IMG/VR virus record: IMGVR_UViG_3300011444_000012
Coordinates: 1 to 58,060 of that record
Direction: 5' to 3' (one strand)
DNA length: 58,060 bases
Origin: a virus
Taxonomy: Duplodnaviria > Caudoviricetes
Shown here: piece by piece, positions 47,214-57,067 of the stretch
Layout of the letters: the number at the start of each line of letters is the position of its first letter
Position numbering within the stretch: position 1 is the stretch's first letter
The notes under the pieces: model-generated
Databases searched by the model: none
What the model was told of the DNA's origin: nothing
The model's input: the letters and a program-made list of their open reading frames with translations, nothing else
Position numbers and translations under genes: made by a program

Positions 47214-48560
47214 ATGGCATCTCTTAGCTATATCAACAAATCGTATGTGTCCGCACTTGATCCAGTTCTCGATACAAGGGAAATTAACAGGAAAGTAGCC
47301 GATCTTTACAACGAAAACGGGCTTACCAAAATATTAGGCGTAGGCGACCGTAAGAAACCTATTACAACGGGGCAACCTTTATACCGCACATTCGTAAACG
47401 AAAGTCTTTTCAAGAAACTTGATACCACAGGCGCAAGCGTAGGTACTAACACTACCCCAACTATCACAACACAGGCTACAGCAGCAACAAGCGGTTACAC
47501 ACAACCTGGAGACTTGGTGATATTCCCTACAAAGAATATTATCGGTTATGTATATGCTGTAACAACAACTTCCGGCATTGATGCTCTTACTATCAAATCT
47601 GTATCCGGCGCAAATATAGCTACTACCGCAGGCGACCAGTTGGGGCTTATCTCAATGGCATACGGTGAAAGAGCAGGCGCACCACAGAACGTAAGGTATG
47701 GCGTAACAAGTTACTTTAACAAGTATCAGATTTTTCAGATTACTTGCCAAATAACTGACGTTCAGAAAGCCGCAACGGTAGAAGTAGAATTTAATGGCAA
47801 CAACAAATGGGCTGTAAAAGACCAGATTGATAAAGCATTAAAATTGCAAGGTGCTGTAAACGCTATGTTCATTGCAGGTGATATGTCTGTAACATCATTT
47901 AGCGATACTAACCCTGTTTTGACTGACCAAAACCTGCCATCAGACGGCGGCGGCGGCGGGCCAGTTCAGACCACAAGAGGGGTGAACAAGTACATTGAGC
48001 TATATGGTACTACTTTGAATCCTGGTAACGTTTCCTTCGGTGCTATTGACGATGCGCAAGATAATTTACTTGCAAGCCGTTCACCAAAAGAGCAGTTGAT
48101 TATGTGTTCATCTAAAGTTCGTAGGGCTTATGACACATTCCTTAAAAACTTGGGTTCAGCAGGAGTACAATCTGTTCGTTTAGTAGTTGATGGCAAAGAA
48201 GTAAACTTCGAAGTTGACAAATGCGAATACGGCGGATTCATAATGAACTTCGCTACGATGCCAATATTCGATCATCCGGTTATGTTCTCTTATACCAATA
48301 TTGTTAAGAGTGCTTTCTGGGTGCCTTATAACGAACAAGTTCCTATTTATGGTGGTGGTTATGATCCAGCAATGCAGGTTCGCTACATACCAAATCCTGA
48401 AACTTACGGTACAGATATGATTGGTGAAAGCCATTCAGGTACATTATCTCCTATCAATCCTAATGGACACATTCAGGAATGGAAGACCGTGTACGCTACA
48501 CGTCAAGGGTTTGAATTTATAGCACCACAGTTTGCATTACGCCAACAGGTAATAGCTTAA
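47214..48560 (+). CDS. Major capsid protein
   Basis: 448 aa; N.YQIF, TTRGV..YI; followed by a terminator; position after scaffold. Confidence 0.8.
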   Translation: MASLSYINKSYVSALDPVLDTREINRKVADLYNENGLTKILGVGDRKKPITTGQPLYRTFVNESLFKKLDTTGASVGTNTTPTITTQATAATSGYTQPGDLVIFPTKNIIGYVYAVTTTSGIDALTIKSVSGANIATTAGDQLGLISMAYGERAGAPQNVRYGVTSYFNKYQIFQITCQITDVQKAATVEVEFNGNNKWAVKDQIDKALKLQGAVNAMFIAGDMSVTSFSDTNPVLTDQNLPSDGGGGGPVQTTRGVNKYIELYGTTLNPGNVSFGAIDDAQDNLLASRSPKEQLIMCSSKVRRAYDTFLKNLGSAGVQSVRLVVDGKEVNFEVDKCEYGGFIMNFATMPIFDHPVMFSYTNIVKSAFWVPYNEQVPIYGGGYDPAMQVRYIPNPETYGTDMIGESHSGTLSPINPNGHIQEWKTVYATRQGFEFIAPQFALRQQVIA

Positions 48561-48569
48561 AGCTTTTTA

Positions 48570-48597
48570 AAGGGGGGCATACAGTCCCCCTTGCTTT
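48570..48597 (+). terminator. Terminator after the capsid gene
   Basis: AAGGGGG...CCCCCTT plus T-rich tail. Confidence 0.65.
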
Positions 48598-48615
48598 ATA
48601 TAAATTATATATTTT

Positions 48616-49350
48616 ATGCAGCGTCTTAAAAACTTCAACAACATTTCCGATAAACTGTATAACAGCATTCCTAAGTTAAAACAAGGGGAAATAAAAGTGT
48701 TTCATATGCTTAATGGCATAGCAAACCCTGATCCTGATATTGACGAAAGAATGAAACGCCCCGTACTATACGGCGCAGTACAGTTACGTACATGGGCAAG
48801 GATAAGAGACCCATTTATCAAGAATGAAAAAGGGGATGAAGTTGGTGGTTATGTGGACATTGGATTGGTTAAGGACTTCGACACAACAACAGAACGTCCT
48901 TCAAGCTTTAAAACAGTTGTGGTTGGAAAAGTAGCTTCTGAAAGGGGTGCAGGATATTTTACATTGAATGGGGATAGGATAGAGGATGCTGAATTGTATG
49001 AGATACTTTATTTAAGCCCAGAAAACAAGCGTAACAATACCACCGGAGATGCTTTGTTTGAAGAAGTAGAAGCCATAGATGAAAATGAAACAGTAGCCAC
49101 CGATTTAGGGTTGCTTTCATCTGCATTAGAAATATATAATTCTTTCAATTACGATGATTTGGAAAGGACAGCATCTATATTAAAGATTGATGCTTCTTTA
49201 GGTGCTAAAGCGTTAAAGACAGAAATAGGCAAGGTGATAAAAGCCGATCCTAAGAAGTTCTTGGCTATTGCATCTGAAATAAACAGCCGGAAAAAGAATC
49301 AAGGGAAAGCAAAAAATATAAAGCAAGAAGCGGTTTTGGAAGGAAGCTAA
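48616..49350 (+). CDS. Hypothetical protein following the capsid gene
   Basis: 244-aa ORF. Confidence 0.7.
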   Translation: MQRLKNFNNISDKLYNSIPKLKQGEIKVFHMLNGIANPDPDIDERMKRPVLYGAVQLRTWARIRDPFIKNEKGDEVGGYVDIGLVKDFDTTTERPSSFKTVVVGKVASERGAGYFTLNGDRIEDAELYEILYLSPENKRNNTTGDALFEEVEAIDENETVATDLGLLSSALEIYNSFNYDDLERTASILKIDASLGAKALKTEIGKVIKADPKKFLAIASEINSRKKNQGKAKNIKQEAVLEGS

Positions 49351-49407
49351 TACTTATTGTGGCGGGGGATGCTTTTAAAATTATTTGTTCATTTTTAAAA
49401 ATCTCTA

Positions 49408-49950
49408 ATGCCATTTACAGCATCGTTCACCATTAGCCAAACTATTGCTGGATCAACATTTACCATAACAGATATTTCAAATTATGGGGATGAAGCAAAG
49501 AACACATTTACTGCAAGAAGATTGTATATCTATTTGTGGAATGGTTCTACGTATAACGCTTCTGGTACAATAGATACTACTCCAACATACATTGATTTTT
49601 CATTTGCAAGCTATCCATCAGATGTAATTACTATTCCTATTTCAAGAGACTATGCTTTCATAGTTACTCTCTCATTAATTACTTCAAACCCAATATCAGG
49701 GAGTACGTATAGTGCTACCGAGTATGTGGGTTTTTTGTTTTATCTAAAGCAATTCAAATACCAGTTAATGCAGTATGCGGCTGCACAAAGAGGGCTATTC
49801 TCTAATGTCAACTTTTTTGGCAGTACACAGAAGCTAAATGTTGATATAAAAGGTGCTGAAAGCGCAATAGAAAATTCGGATGTATGGAACGCACAGAAGA
49901 TGATTGATGAAGGATATAAGTTGATGAATAACCCCGTTAATTTCTACTAA
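49408..49950 (+). CDS. Putative structural protein (no signal peptide)
   Basis: Beta-rich N-terminus with helical C-terminus. Confidence 0.6.
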   Translation: MPFTASFTISQTIAGSTFTITDISNYGDEAKNTFTARRLYIYLWNGSTYNASGTIDTTPTYIDFSFASYPSDVITIPISRDYAFIVTLSLITSNPISGSTYSATEYVGFLFYLKQFKYQLMQYAAAQRGLFSNVNFFGSTQKLNVDIKGAESAIENSDVWNAQKMIDEGYKLMNNPVNFY

Positions 49951-50801
49951 TGCCAAATGCAAATAATATATTGGAATGGATTGAGATAGGTAAAGTGTGT
50001 ACTTATTTAGCGGCATCCGATGTTAAGAAGCAAACTTTTTTAGGCACTAACGTAATGGATAAGTTGCAAGCCGAAAAAATATACTTAGTAAATGATTCTG
50101 TTGAATGGGGTTATACCTATGATAATAACACAGCAGCACTTGATTTAGTTAATGATTACCAGATAGCCTTATGTGGTAAATATACAGCCGCAGCAAGAGC
50201 TATTATTAGCGGAAGTTCAGGCGGTAGTACGGTGGTGGTAATTGGCGATGGCAATACTTGTTATACTGTTGCATGGAATAAGGTACAATTAGTAATTGGT
50301 GATCCAGCAGCAGCAATACCAACAGGTTTCACAACGCCAAATGCAGGTGATAATACTGTTATTATTCCTTACGGGGTAATGCCTAATTCAGAAACAATTT
50401 TCTATCAAGGGATTTTCGTTAAGAAGAATCCAAGTGATGATTTTAATTATACGCCTTTTTATAATGGCACGACAGATACCACTTACGTATTTAGCCAGGT
50501 ATTCGAAGATGGCTTTAGTCTTGAATTTAATATAGCTCAAATACTAAGTGTAGGTAATTGTGGTGGCGGTTCGGCTACTGGTGGTACGGGGTTATTGTCA
50601 GTAGTATTTACAGTAACAGCAGATGGCAACACTATAACAGTACCACAACTTGCTAACGGGGCGGTATTTGTTTTAGCTATTAAGGGGATGCAGCCATTAG
50701 ATACAACCTACGTTACACAGACAGATGATGTACTTGATTTTAGTGCAGTAGGTGGGGTAACATTAAACGAAAACATTACAATATTATATCTTCCAGCATG
50801 A
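49950..50801 (+). CDS. Putative structural/fibre-anchoring protein (no signal peptide)
   Basis: Helical N-terminus, Gly linkers, two beta-rich domains. Confidence 0.6.
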   Translation: MPNANNILEWIEIGKVCTYLAASDVKKQTFLGTNVMDKLQAEKIYLVNDSVEWGYTYDNNTAALDLVNDYQIALCGKYTAAARAIISGSSGGSTVVVIGDGNTCYTVAWNKVQLVIGDPAAAIPTGFTTPNAGDNTVIIPYGVMPNSETIFYQGIFVKKNPSDDFNYTPFYNGTTDTTYVFSQVFEDGFSLEFNIAQILSVGNCGGGSATGGTGLLSVVFTVTADGNTITVPQLANGAVFVLAIKGMQPLDTTYVTQTDDVLDFSAVGGVTLNENITILYLPA

Positions 50802-51835
50802 GTAGAGTAATTGCAATCATATTATTTTGTGTGTGTGCTGCAAGTGCAAATGCGCAAAATAAAACTCTTATAAACCCACCAACTTCAGGCAAGAATACCA
50901 TCAATCACTATGCAGATGGGTTATTTGCCGATAGTGTTCAGTTCTTCCCAACTGGTTCTGGTTACCCATCCATCAACATGGCTAATTATATGTCTAAAGT
51001 AAGTTTAGGCGCATTACAGTATGATGTTGCAAATCATATTTGGTGGAGTTTTGACCCATCCACAGGTTTATGGGATACGCTATCAAGTAGCGGGGGTGGT
51101 GGCGGGGGTGGTGAAACAATTCTTCCGGCTGGGCCTTTTGTAACATCAAATGTCGGTATAGGGTATGATCCAGGCACTAACCTAACAGCAGCCGAAATTA
51201 TTCAAAAAGTTTGGTATGGCACAAGACCATCAGCGACATTAACAGGTGGAACTACTATTGAATTAACAAGTGCTTCAACGGTAAGTCAAACATTAAATTG
51301 GGGGGCTACAAGGCAAGTAGGGGCAACAACATTAGCAACTATTGTAGTTGCGGGAGTATCGCAATCTTTTTCACAACCAGTAGCAGGGGGAACGGTTTCG
51401 GGAACACAAGCCGTAAGCGTTCCTGCAAATATATCAACAACGTACAGCAATGTAGTTACTGCTTCGGATGCGCAGACAATAACGGCAACAACCACATTTA
51501 ATTTTCAGAATAAAATTTATGCAGGGTTTGTTACATCTACTTCACCAACGAGCGCAGATATACTTGCGGCAACAAGCAGCACGTATGTTGGCGGTAGGTT
51601 TTCTACATCAAAAAATCAATCGGGATCATTAACAACACCTAGCGGGGCTAAGTATGTAATGTTTGCTAACCCTGTAAGTTTTGGGATACCAAATGTTGTT
51701 ATTAATGGGCTTGGAGTTATTTATACGATTTCGATACTTTCTTTTACTAACGCAAGCGGGTACACAAGCAACTATTATGTTGCTATAAGCCCATTTGTTA
51801 CATCGGGGGCTATTGATAGTTATGTGGTAAATTAA
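50798..51835 (+). CDS. Secreted fibre/adhesin-like protein
   Basis: Signal peptide MSRVIAIILFCVCAASANA-Q; Gly linker; T/S-rich beta domains. Confidence 0.75.
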   Translation: MSRVIAIILFCVCAASANAQNKTLINPPTSGKNTINHYADGLFADSVQFFPTGSGYPSINMANYMSKVSLGALQYDVANHIWWSFDPSTGLWDTLSSSGGGGGGGETILPAGPFVTSNVGIGYDPGTNLTAAEIIQKVWYGTRPSATLTGGTTIELTSASTVSQTLNWGATRQVGATTLATIVVAGVSQSFSQPVAGGTVSGTQAVSVPANISTTYSNVVTASDAQTITATTTFNFQNKIYAGFVTSTSPTSADILAATSSTYVGGRFSTSKNQSGSLTTPSGAKYVMFANPVSFGIPNVVINGLGVIYTISILSFTNASGYTSNYYVAISPFVTSGAIDSYVVN

Positions 51836-51842
51836 ATATTAT

Positions 51843-52943
51843 ATGCGTAAGGTATTAATCATATTATTTCTTCTTGTTTCCTTAGTTGGCTTTTCGCAAA
51901 CTAAGATAACTGCACCACTTGTTCGAAATTTTCCAACAGATACAACTTATTGGATGGTGCAAGATAGTTTGCTGAAGGGCGGCTATATGGTTTTTACGCA
52001 TATTACAAACAGAAATGCTTTACCAAATTCGCAAAGAAGAATAGGATTGTTATGCTTTGTAACAGATAGCTCGGTTTTCTATCAATTACGTGGTGGGATA
52101 GACAATGGTAATTGGTTGCAAGTTTTGGATAGTACAGGCGGCGGCGGTAGTGGCACAGTAAACTTTGCAAATCAGGGTACTTCTCTTAGCGGCGATACTG
52201 TTCAGTTAGGGGGTTCTTTATATAAAAATGCAACCATAACAACAGATGATTTTGGCTTGTCACTTTCTTCTTCATCAATAGGTATCCCATTACAATCTTC
52301 AAGTGCAGGCAACATTGCTTTTGCGGCAACAACACAAACAGGGGCTTATGCGGGTTCATTCTACACTAATCCGGTTGCAGCCAATACGGTTGCGCCAATA
52401 CTAAGATTATATAACACAGGTACAGGAGTAGGGGCTAATGGCATAGGGGGTAGTTTAGATTTCGCATTGCAAGCCACAAGCGGCAACGTAGTTTCAAACC
52501 AATTAATAAGCAGTCTAACAACCGCTACTGCATTATCTGAAACATCTACATTTTCAATTAAAGGGGTAAGCGCAGGCACAGCATCAACACTACTCACATT
52601 AAATGGCGATGGCGGGTTACAACTTAATAAATATACAACAGGGGCTTTTCTTGGTACACCAGATTATATATTAGGAACAGATGCAAGTGGTAATGTAATC
52701 CAATCATCAGTACCAACAGCAAACATCATATTGGATAGTGTAGTAATAGTGTTCGATGGATTAAGTTCAGAGACAACATTTGCATTAACACGTCCAAACA
52801 CAGGGTTTAAGAATTTAGAAATAGCAGCAGAAGAAAGTGATGCAGGGGGATTTGCACAAAGCTTTAATCAAGCAGAAGGCATATTAGATTGGCAAGTAGC
52901 AATAAAGGGTTCGAAGAAATTTTACATCACTTATTATTATTAG
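51843..52943 (+). CDS. Secreted fibre-like protein
   Basis: Signal peptide MRKVLIILFLLVSLVGFS-Q; RNALP..RR.G..V...YQL.GGIDN.NW module; LGTDASGNV. Confidence 0.75.
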   Translation: MRKVLIILFLLVSLVGFSQTKITAPLVRNFPTDTTYWMVQDSLLKGGYMVFTHITNRNALPNSQRRIGLLCFVTDSSVFYQLRGGIDNGNWLQVLDSTGGGGSGTVNFANQGTSLSGDTVQLGGSLYKNATITTDDFGLSLSSSSIGIPLQSSSAGNIAFAATTQTGAYAGSFYTNPVAANTVAPILRLYNTGTGVGANGIGGSLDFALQATSGNVVSNQLISSLTTATALSETSTFSIKGVSAGTASTLLTLNGDGGLQLNKYTTGAFLGTPDYILGTDASGNVIQSSVPTANIILDSVVIVFDGLSSETTFALTRPNTGFKNLEIAAEESDAGGFAQSFNQAEGILDWQVAIKGSKKFYITYYY

Positions 52944-52954
52944 GGAATGAATAT

Positions 52955-55900
52955 ATGGTAACCCCAAAAAAGATTTTTATTTTATTATGTTCTTTGATTT
53001 GTTTTATTAAAGCATCGGCACAATTACCGCTTGATACGGCTGCCTATAACCATACTATAATTGTAGTTCAGAATAAACATTATATCACAAGTTGGGGGCA
53101 ATTTGGAAATTTTGATACAAGTATAGTTCAGGCGGGTACAAATTTGGGCGGGGCATATATTAAAAAGCAAGGCACAGCACAACAGCACAAGGTATTAATC
53201 AATGAAGGTGGAATGTTTACTATGAATGGTGTTGAAATTGATGATTGCGCATATTTGGATTTTATAGGGTTGGGTAGTGCAGATGCATACGGCATTAAAA
53301 TGAATGCACAGAACAATGGGGTAGGGATACCGATAAATGGGAAATGTCATGATCTGCAATTCATAGGAATAAATATAGATGGCGGCTTTTCACAAGGGAT
53401 TACCGCTAAGATTGAGGCTAATGATTTTGCAAGTAAATATTTATGTGATACAAGCTATGCATATTTTGTTCAAAGAAGAATTAGAATAAGTAATTGTAAG
53501 GTGAGAAACAACGGTAACGAAAGCGTATATGTTAATAGTACAGGGTGGTTTTCCCGTGATAGAGTAACGGGGAATGCGCCTTTTTTGGGATGCCCTTTAG
53601 GTAACACTAATGTTTTTGATGGGCAAAACAGGGCAGATACAATTACCAATTCAGGGACAGTAACCAATAAAGCATATTTAGACCCCGCAATAGCAGACCC
53701 CGCTAAAATAACTGTATGGTCTGGTGTTATAGCAAGGATTTCAGGAACAATAAGCGGGAACATTGTATTATCCGGTTCAAACAATGGCACTACCTATACC
53801 CAATTACAAACACAGCCTTTAACTAATGTAGCAAGCAATACCTATACATTTAATCTATCCACAAGAAGCAATAATTACTTTAAGATAGATGTGGTAACAA
53901 GTGGTACTATGTCTGCTACATTAAAGAGCTATGTTAGTTTCAACTATTTCCCACCTGTAAGTGATTCTATATTTATAGATAGTAACGTGTTTATAAACCC
54001 AAGACGAAGTGCAGTAAATTTTAGTAATATGTCTCATGGGTTTTATAGAGGGAATAAAGGATGGCATTTAGGTGGAGAATTAAATGGGGCGCAAGGCAAA
54101 ATGTTGGCAGCAGGCGGCAAATTGGGTTACTTAGGAGATACCACTTATGTTTCAGGCAATAAATGTTTTGGTTCATGGAACAATAATTTCTGGTTTGTGG
54201 CAGAAGGGTACATTGTATTTGAAAACAACTATGGGGATAGTTCAGGGTATTGGGGTACAACCAAAAACCCCGATCCGACACCAAGCACAGTATTTGGTGT
54301 AAGCGTTGGCAGAACAGTACCTACTACATGGAGAATATGCAATAATGCATTTTATTTTAATACAGCTTCACCATCTACGCAATATTCATTAAATCCAGGC
54401 GCACAGAATACAACCGCTAACGTAGTTGGGGGCAATACTGGCAATGTTGATATAAAAGGTACACTTGTGTATTCTAATAATTGTGGTGCAGTTGCCAATC
54501 AGCCACCAATAGTAAACGCAGGTAACAATGCAACCATTACTTTACCAACAAATTCTTATCAATTACAAGGAAGCGGTAGTGATCCTGACGGCACGATAGT
54601 AACAGTTGTTTGGACGCAGGTAAGTGGTGGAAGTTATACGATAGATAATGCTAACATATTTACACCAACTGTAAGCAATCTTACAGCAGGCACGTATGTT
54701 TTTAAGCTAACCGTTACAGATAACATAGGAGCAAGTGCATCAAAAAATGTTACTATAACTGTTTTGCCCGCACCTAACCAACAGCCGAATGTATCGGCAG
54801 GCGGGACAGTAGTTATAACGTTACCAACAAATTCTTATGCGTTTACTTCAGCGACAGCAAGCGACCCTGACGGTTCAATAGTTTCTTATTTGTGGACGCA
54901 AGTAAGTGGCAGTTCCTATACAATAGATAACGCTGCCATACTTCATGCTACTGTATCAAATCTCCTTGTTGGCACGTATGTTTTTAAACTTACTGTTACA
55001 GACAACGGCGGGTTAAGCAATTCAGACAACATTACTATAACTGTAAATGCCGCACCAAATCAACCACCAGTTGTAAATGCAGGTAATAATGTAACAATAA
55101 CACTACCTACTAATCTCTATACAATAGCGGATGCCACAGCAAGCGATCCGGACGGAACAATAGTATCTTACGTGTGGTCTAAAACCGCAGGTGGTACTTA
55201 TACTATAAATGACGCTACAATATTAAATCCAACAGTTTCAAATCTAGTAGCAGGGGTATATACATTCAAATTGGTGGTTACTGATAACAACGGGGCAACG
55301 GCTACAAGCAACATGAAGATTACAGTAAACAATCAACCAAATATACCACCAAATGTAAATGCAGGCAAAGACACAACATTGATTCTTCCGACTACATCTT
55401 ATCAAACAGTAGCGACAGCAACAGACGCAGATGGAACGGTAACAACATACCAATGGTTGCAGATAAGTGGAACTACCGTAACTATAAGCAATGCTTCAAG
55501 TCTTTTGCCGCTTATATCAAACTTTGTTGTTGGTACTTTCGGGTTTAGCTTAACAGTAGGGGATAATTTGGGTGCTACCGCAAAAGATACAATATTTATT
55601 ACTGTTAATCCGGCAGCGAATAAAACACCTTCAGTAAATGCAGGTGGGACAGCAGTAATAACATTACCAGTTAATTCATATCAGGTTACAGCCAATGCAA
55701 GTGATACGGATGGAACTATAATAGCATACGCGTGGACGCAGGTAAGTGGGGGTGCTTATACTATATCAAATGCTTCTGTTCTCAATCCTTTATTCACAAA
55801 TCTATTGCAAGGAACGTATGTGTTTAAGTTGACTGTAACAGATAACGTAGGGGCAAGCAATTCTGATAACTTAACAATCATAGTAAACCATGCATTGAAT

Positions 55901-57067
55901 ATACCGCCTTCAGCTAATGCGGGAAGTGATAGAACAATAACGTTACCTACCAATAGTGTACAGATAAGTGGTACAAGCGCAACAGACCCCGATGGCAATG
56001 TAGTATCGGTTGCATGGACACAAGCAAGCGGCGGTTCTTATACCATAAATGATGCAACTATTTTAAATCCATTATTCTCAAACTTAACGCAAGGCACTTA
56101 TAGATTCGCATTAACGGCAACAGACGATAGCGCACAAGTAGGTAGAGATACCATGAACATAATAGTTAATCATGCCTTGAATTTACCACCTGTTGTAAGC
56201 GCAGGTAACGATACAGCGATAACACAACCTGCAACAACAATAAACTTAATAGGGACAGCAACAGACCCCGATGGCAATATAGTTTCAAGTCTTTGGGAAA
56301 ATACGGATGGATGCGTTATCAATACTGCATCTTCTTTAATTACTACTGCAACTTGCGCCACAACAGGCACACATCTATTTACATTAACAGCAACAGATGA
56401 TTCAAGTATAAGTAGTATTGATTTTAAAATTGCAATAGTAAATCCAGCAGCCAATGTACCACCAGTAGCAATAGCAAGTAATGACACAACCATATATCTT
56501 CCTTTGGATTCGGTTATATTAACGCAATCAGGTACAGATGCAGATGGAACTATTGTAGGGTATTTAACCACTATCTACCAAAGTAAATATGCACCAGTTG
56601 TTGCAAGAGAAACAACAACAAGCCCCGCAATAAAAGGATTGCAAGCAGGGGATACAATAAGAGTGCTATTAAGAGTGCAAGATGATGATGGCATTTTTGC
56701 TTACGATACAACTAACATATATGTACTTGCTGATACCGTAAATCATCCACCAGTAATTGTAATAGATTCTAATATCAATGTAAGAATGCCTGTTCAATTC
56801 CTAAGCATTGATGCAAGTCAATCTTATGATCCCGATCCAGGGGATGTAATAGTTTCTTATAGATGGGTGCAGACCGAAGGTGATACTTCAATAGATATTA
56901 GTGGTGAAAATGGTTCTATAATGACGTTATCAAACTTGCCACAAGGTTTTTACACATGGATACTTACGGTAACAGATAATAGAGGTGCGGATAGTCAAGC
57001 AACAGTTAATGTAGTGGTATTGGCATCGGTAAGGGTTAAAGCAATTAAGGCAAAAAAGAGATCATAA
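52955..57067 (+). CDS. Secreted beta-helix protein with nine PKD/Ig-like repeats (start revised to 52955)
   Basis: Signal peptide MVTPKKIFILLCSLICFIKASA-Q; repeats N.PP.VNAG...ITLP...SD.DG.I..Y.WTQVSG...GTYVFKLTVTD. Confidence 0.85.
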   Translation: MVTPKKIFILLCSLICFIKASAQLPLDTAAYNHTIIVVQNKHYITSWGQFGNFDTSIVQAGTNLGGAYIKKQGTAQQHKVLINEGGMFTMNGVEIDDCAYLDFIGLGSADAYGIKMNAQNNGVGIPINGKCHDLQFIGINIDGGFSQGITAKIEANDFASKYLCDTSYAYFVQRRIRISNCKVRNNGNESVYVNSTGWFSRDRVTGNAPFLGCPLGNTNVFDGQNRADTITNSGTVTNKAYLDPAIADPAKITVWSGVIARISGTISGNIVLSGSNNGTTYTQLQTQPLTNVASNTYTFNLSTRSNNYFKIDVVTSGTMSATLKSYVSFNYFPPVSDSIFIDSNVFINPRRSAVNFSNMSHGFYRGNKGWHLGGELNGAQGKMLAAGGKLGYLGDTTYVSGNKCFGSWNNNFWFVAEGYIVFENNYGDSSGYWGTTKNPDPTPSTVFGVSVGRTVPTTWRICNNAFYFNTASPSTQYSLNPGAQNTTANVVGGNTGNVDIKGTLVYSNNCGAVANQPPIVNAGNNATITLPTNSYQLQGSGSDPDGTIVTVVWTQVSGGSYTIDNANIFTPTVSNLTAGTYVFKLTVTDNIGASASKNVTITVLPAPNQQPNVSAGGTVVITLPTNSYAFTSATASDPDGSIVSYLWTQVSGSSYTIDNAAILHATVSNLLVGTYVFKLTVTDNGGLSNSDNITITVNAAPNQPPVVNAGNNVTITLPTNLYTIADATASDPDGTIVSYVWSKTAGGTYTINDATILNPTVSNLVAGVYTFKLVVTDNNGATATSNMKITVNNQPNIPPNVNAGKDTTLILPTTSYQTVATATDADGTVTTYQWLQISGTTVTISNASSLLPLISNFVVGTFGFSLTVGDNLGATAKDTIFITVNPAANKTPSVNAGGTAVITLPVNSYQVTANASDTDGTIIAYAWTQVSGGAYTISNASVLNPLFTNLLQGTYVFKLTVTDNVGASNSDNLTIIVNHALNIPPSANAGSDRTITLPTNSVQISGTSATDPDGNVVSVAWTQASGGSYTINDATILNPLFSNLTQGTYRFALTATDDSAQVGRDTMNIIVNHALNLPPVVSAGNDTAITQPATTINLIGTATDPDGNIVSSLWENTDGCVINTASSLITTATCATTGTHLFTLTATDDSSISSIDFKIAIVNPAANVPPVAIASNDTTIYLPLDSVILTQSGTDADGTIVGYLTTIYQSKYAPVVARETTTSPAIKGLQAGDTIRVLLRVQDDDGIFAYDTTNIYVLADTVNHPPVIVIDSNINVRMPVQFLSIDASQSYDPDPGDVIVSYRWVQTEGDTSIDISGENGSIMTLSNLPQGFYTWILTVTDNRGADSQATVNVVVLASVRVKAIKAKKRS
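54497..57025 (+). repeat. Nine tandem ~93-aa PKD/Ig-like coding repeats
   Basis: Units start NQPP, NQQP, NQPP, NIPP, NKTP, NIPP, NLPP, NVPP, NHPP. Confidence 0.85.
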
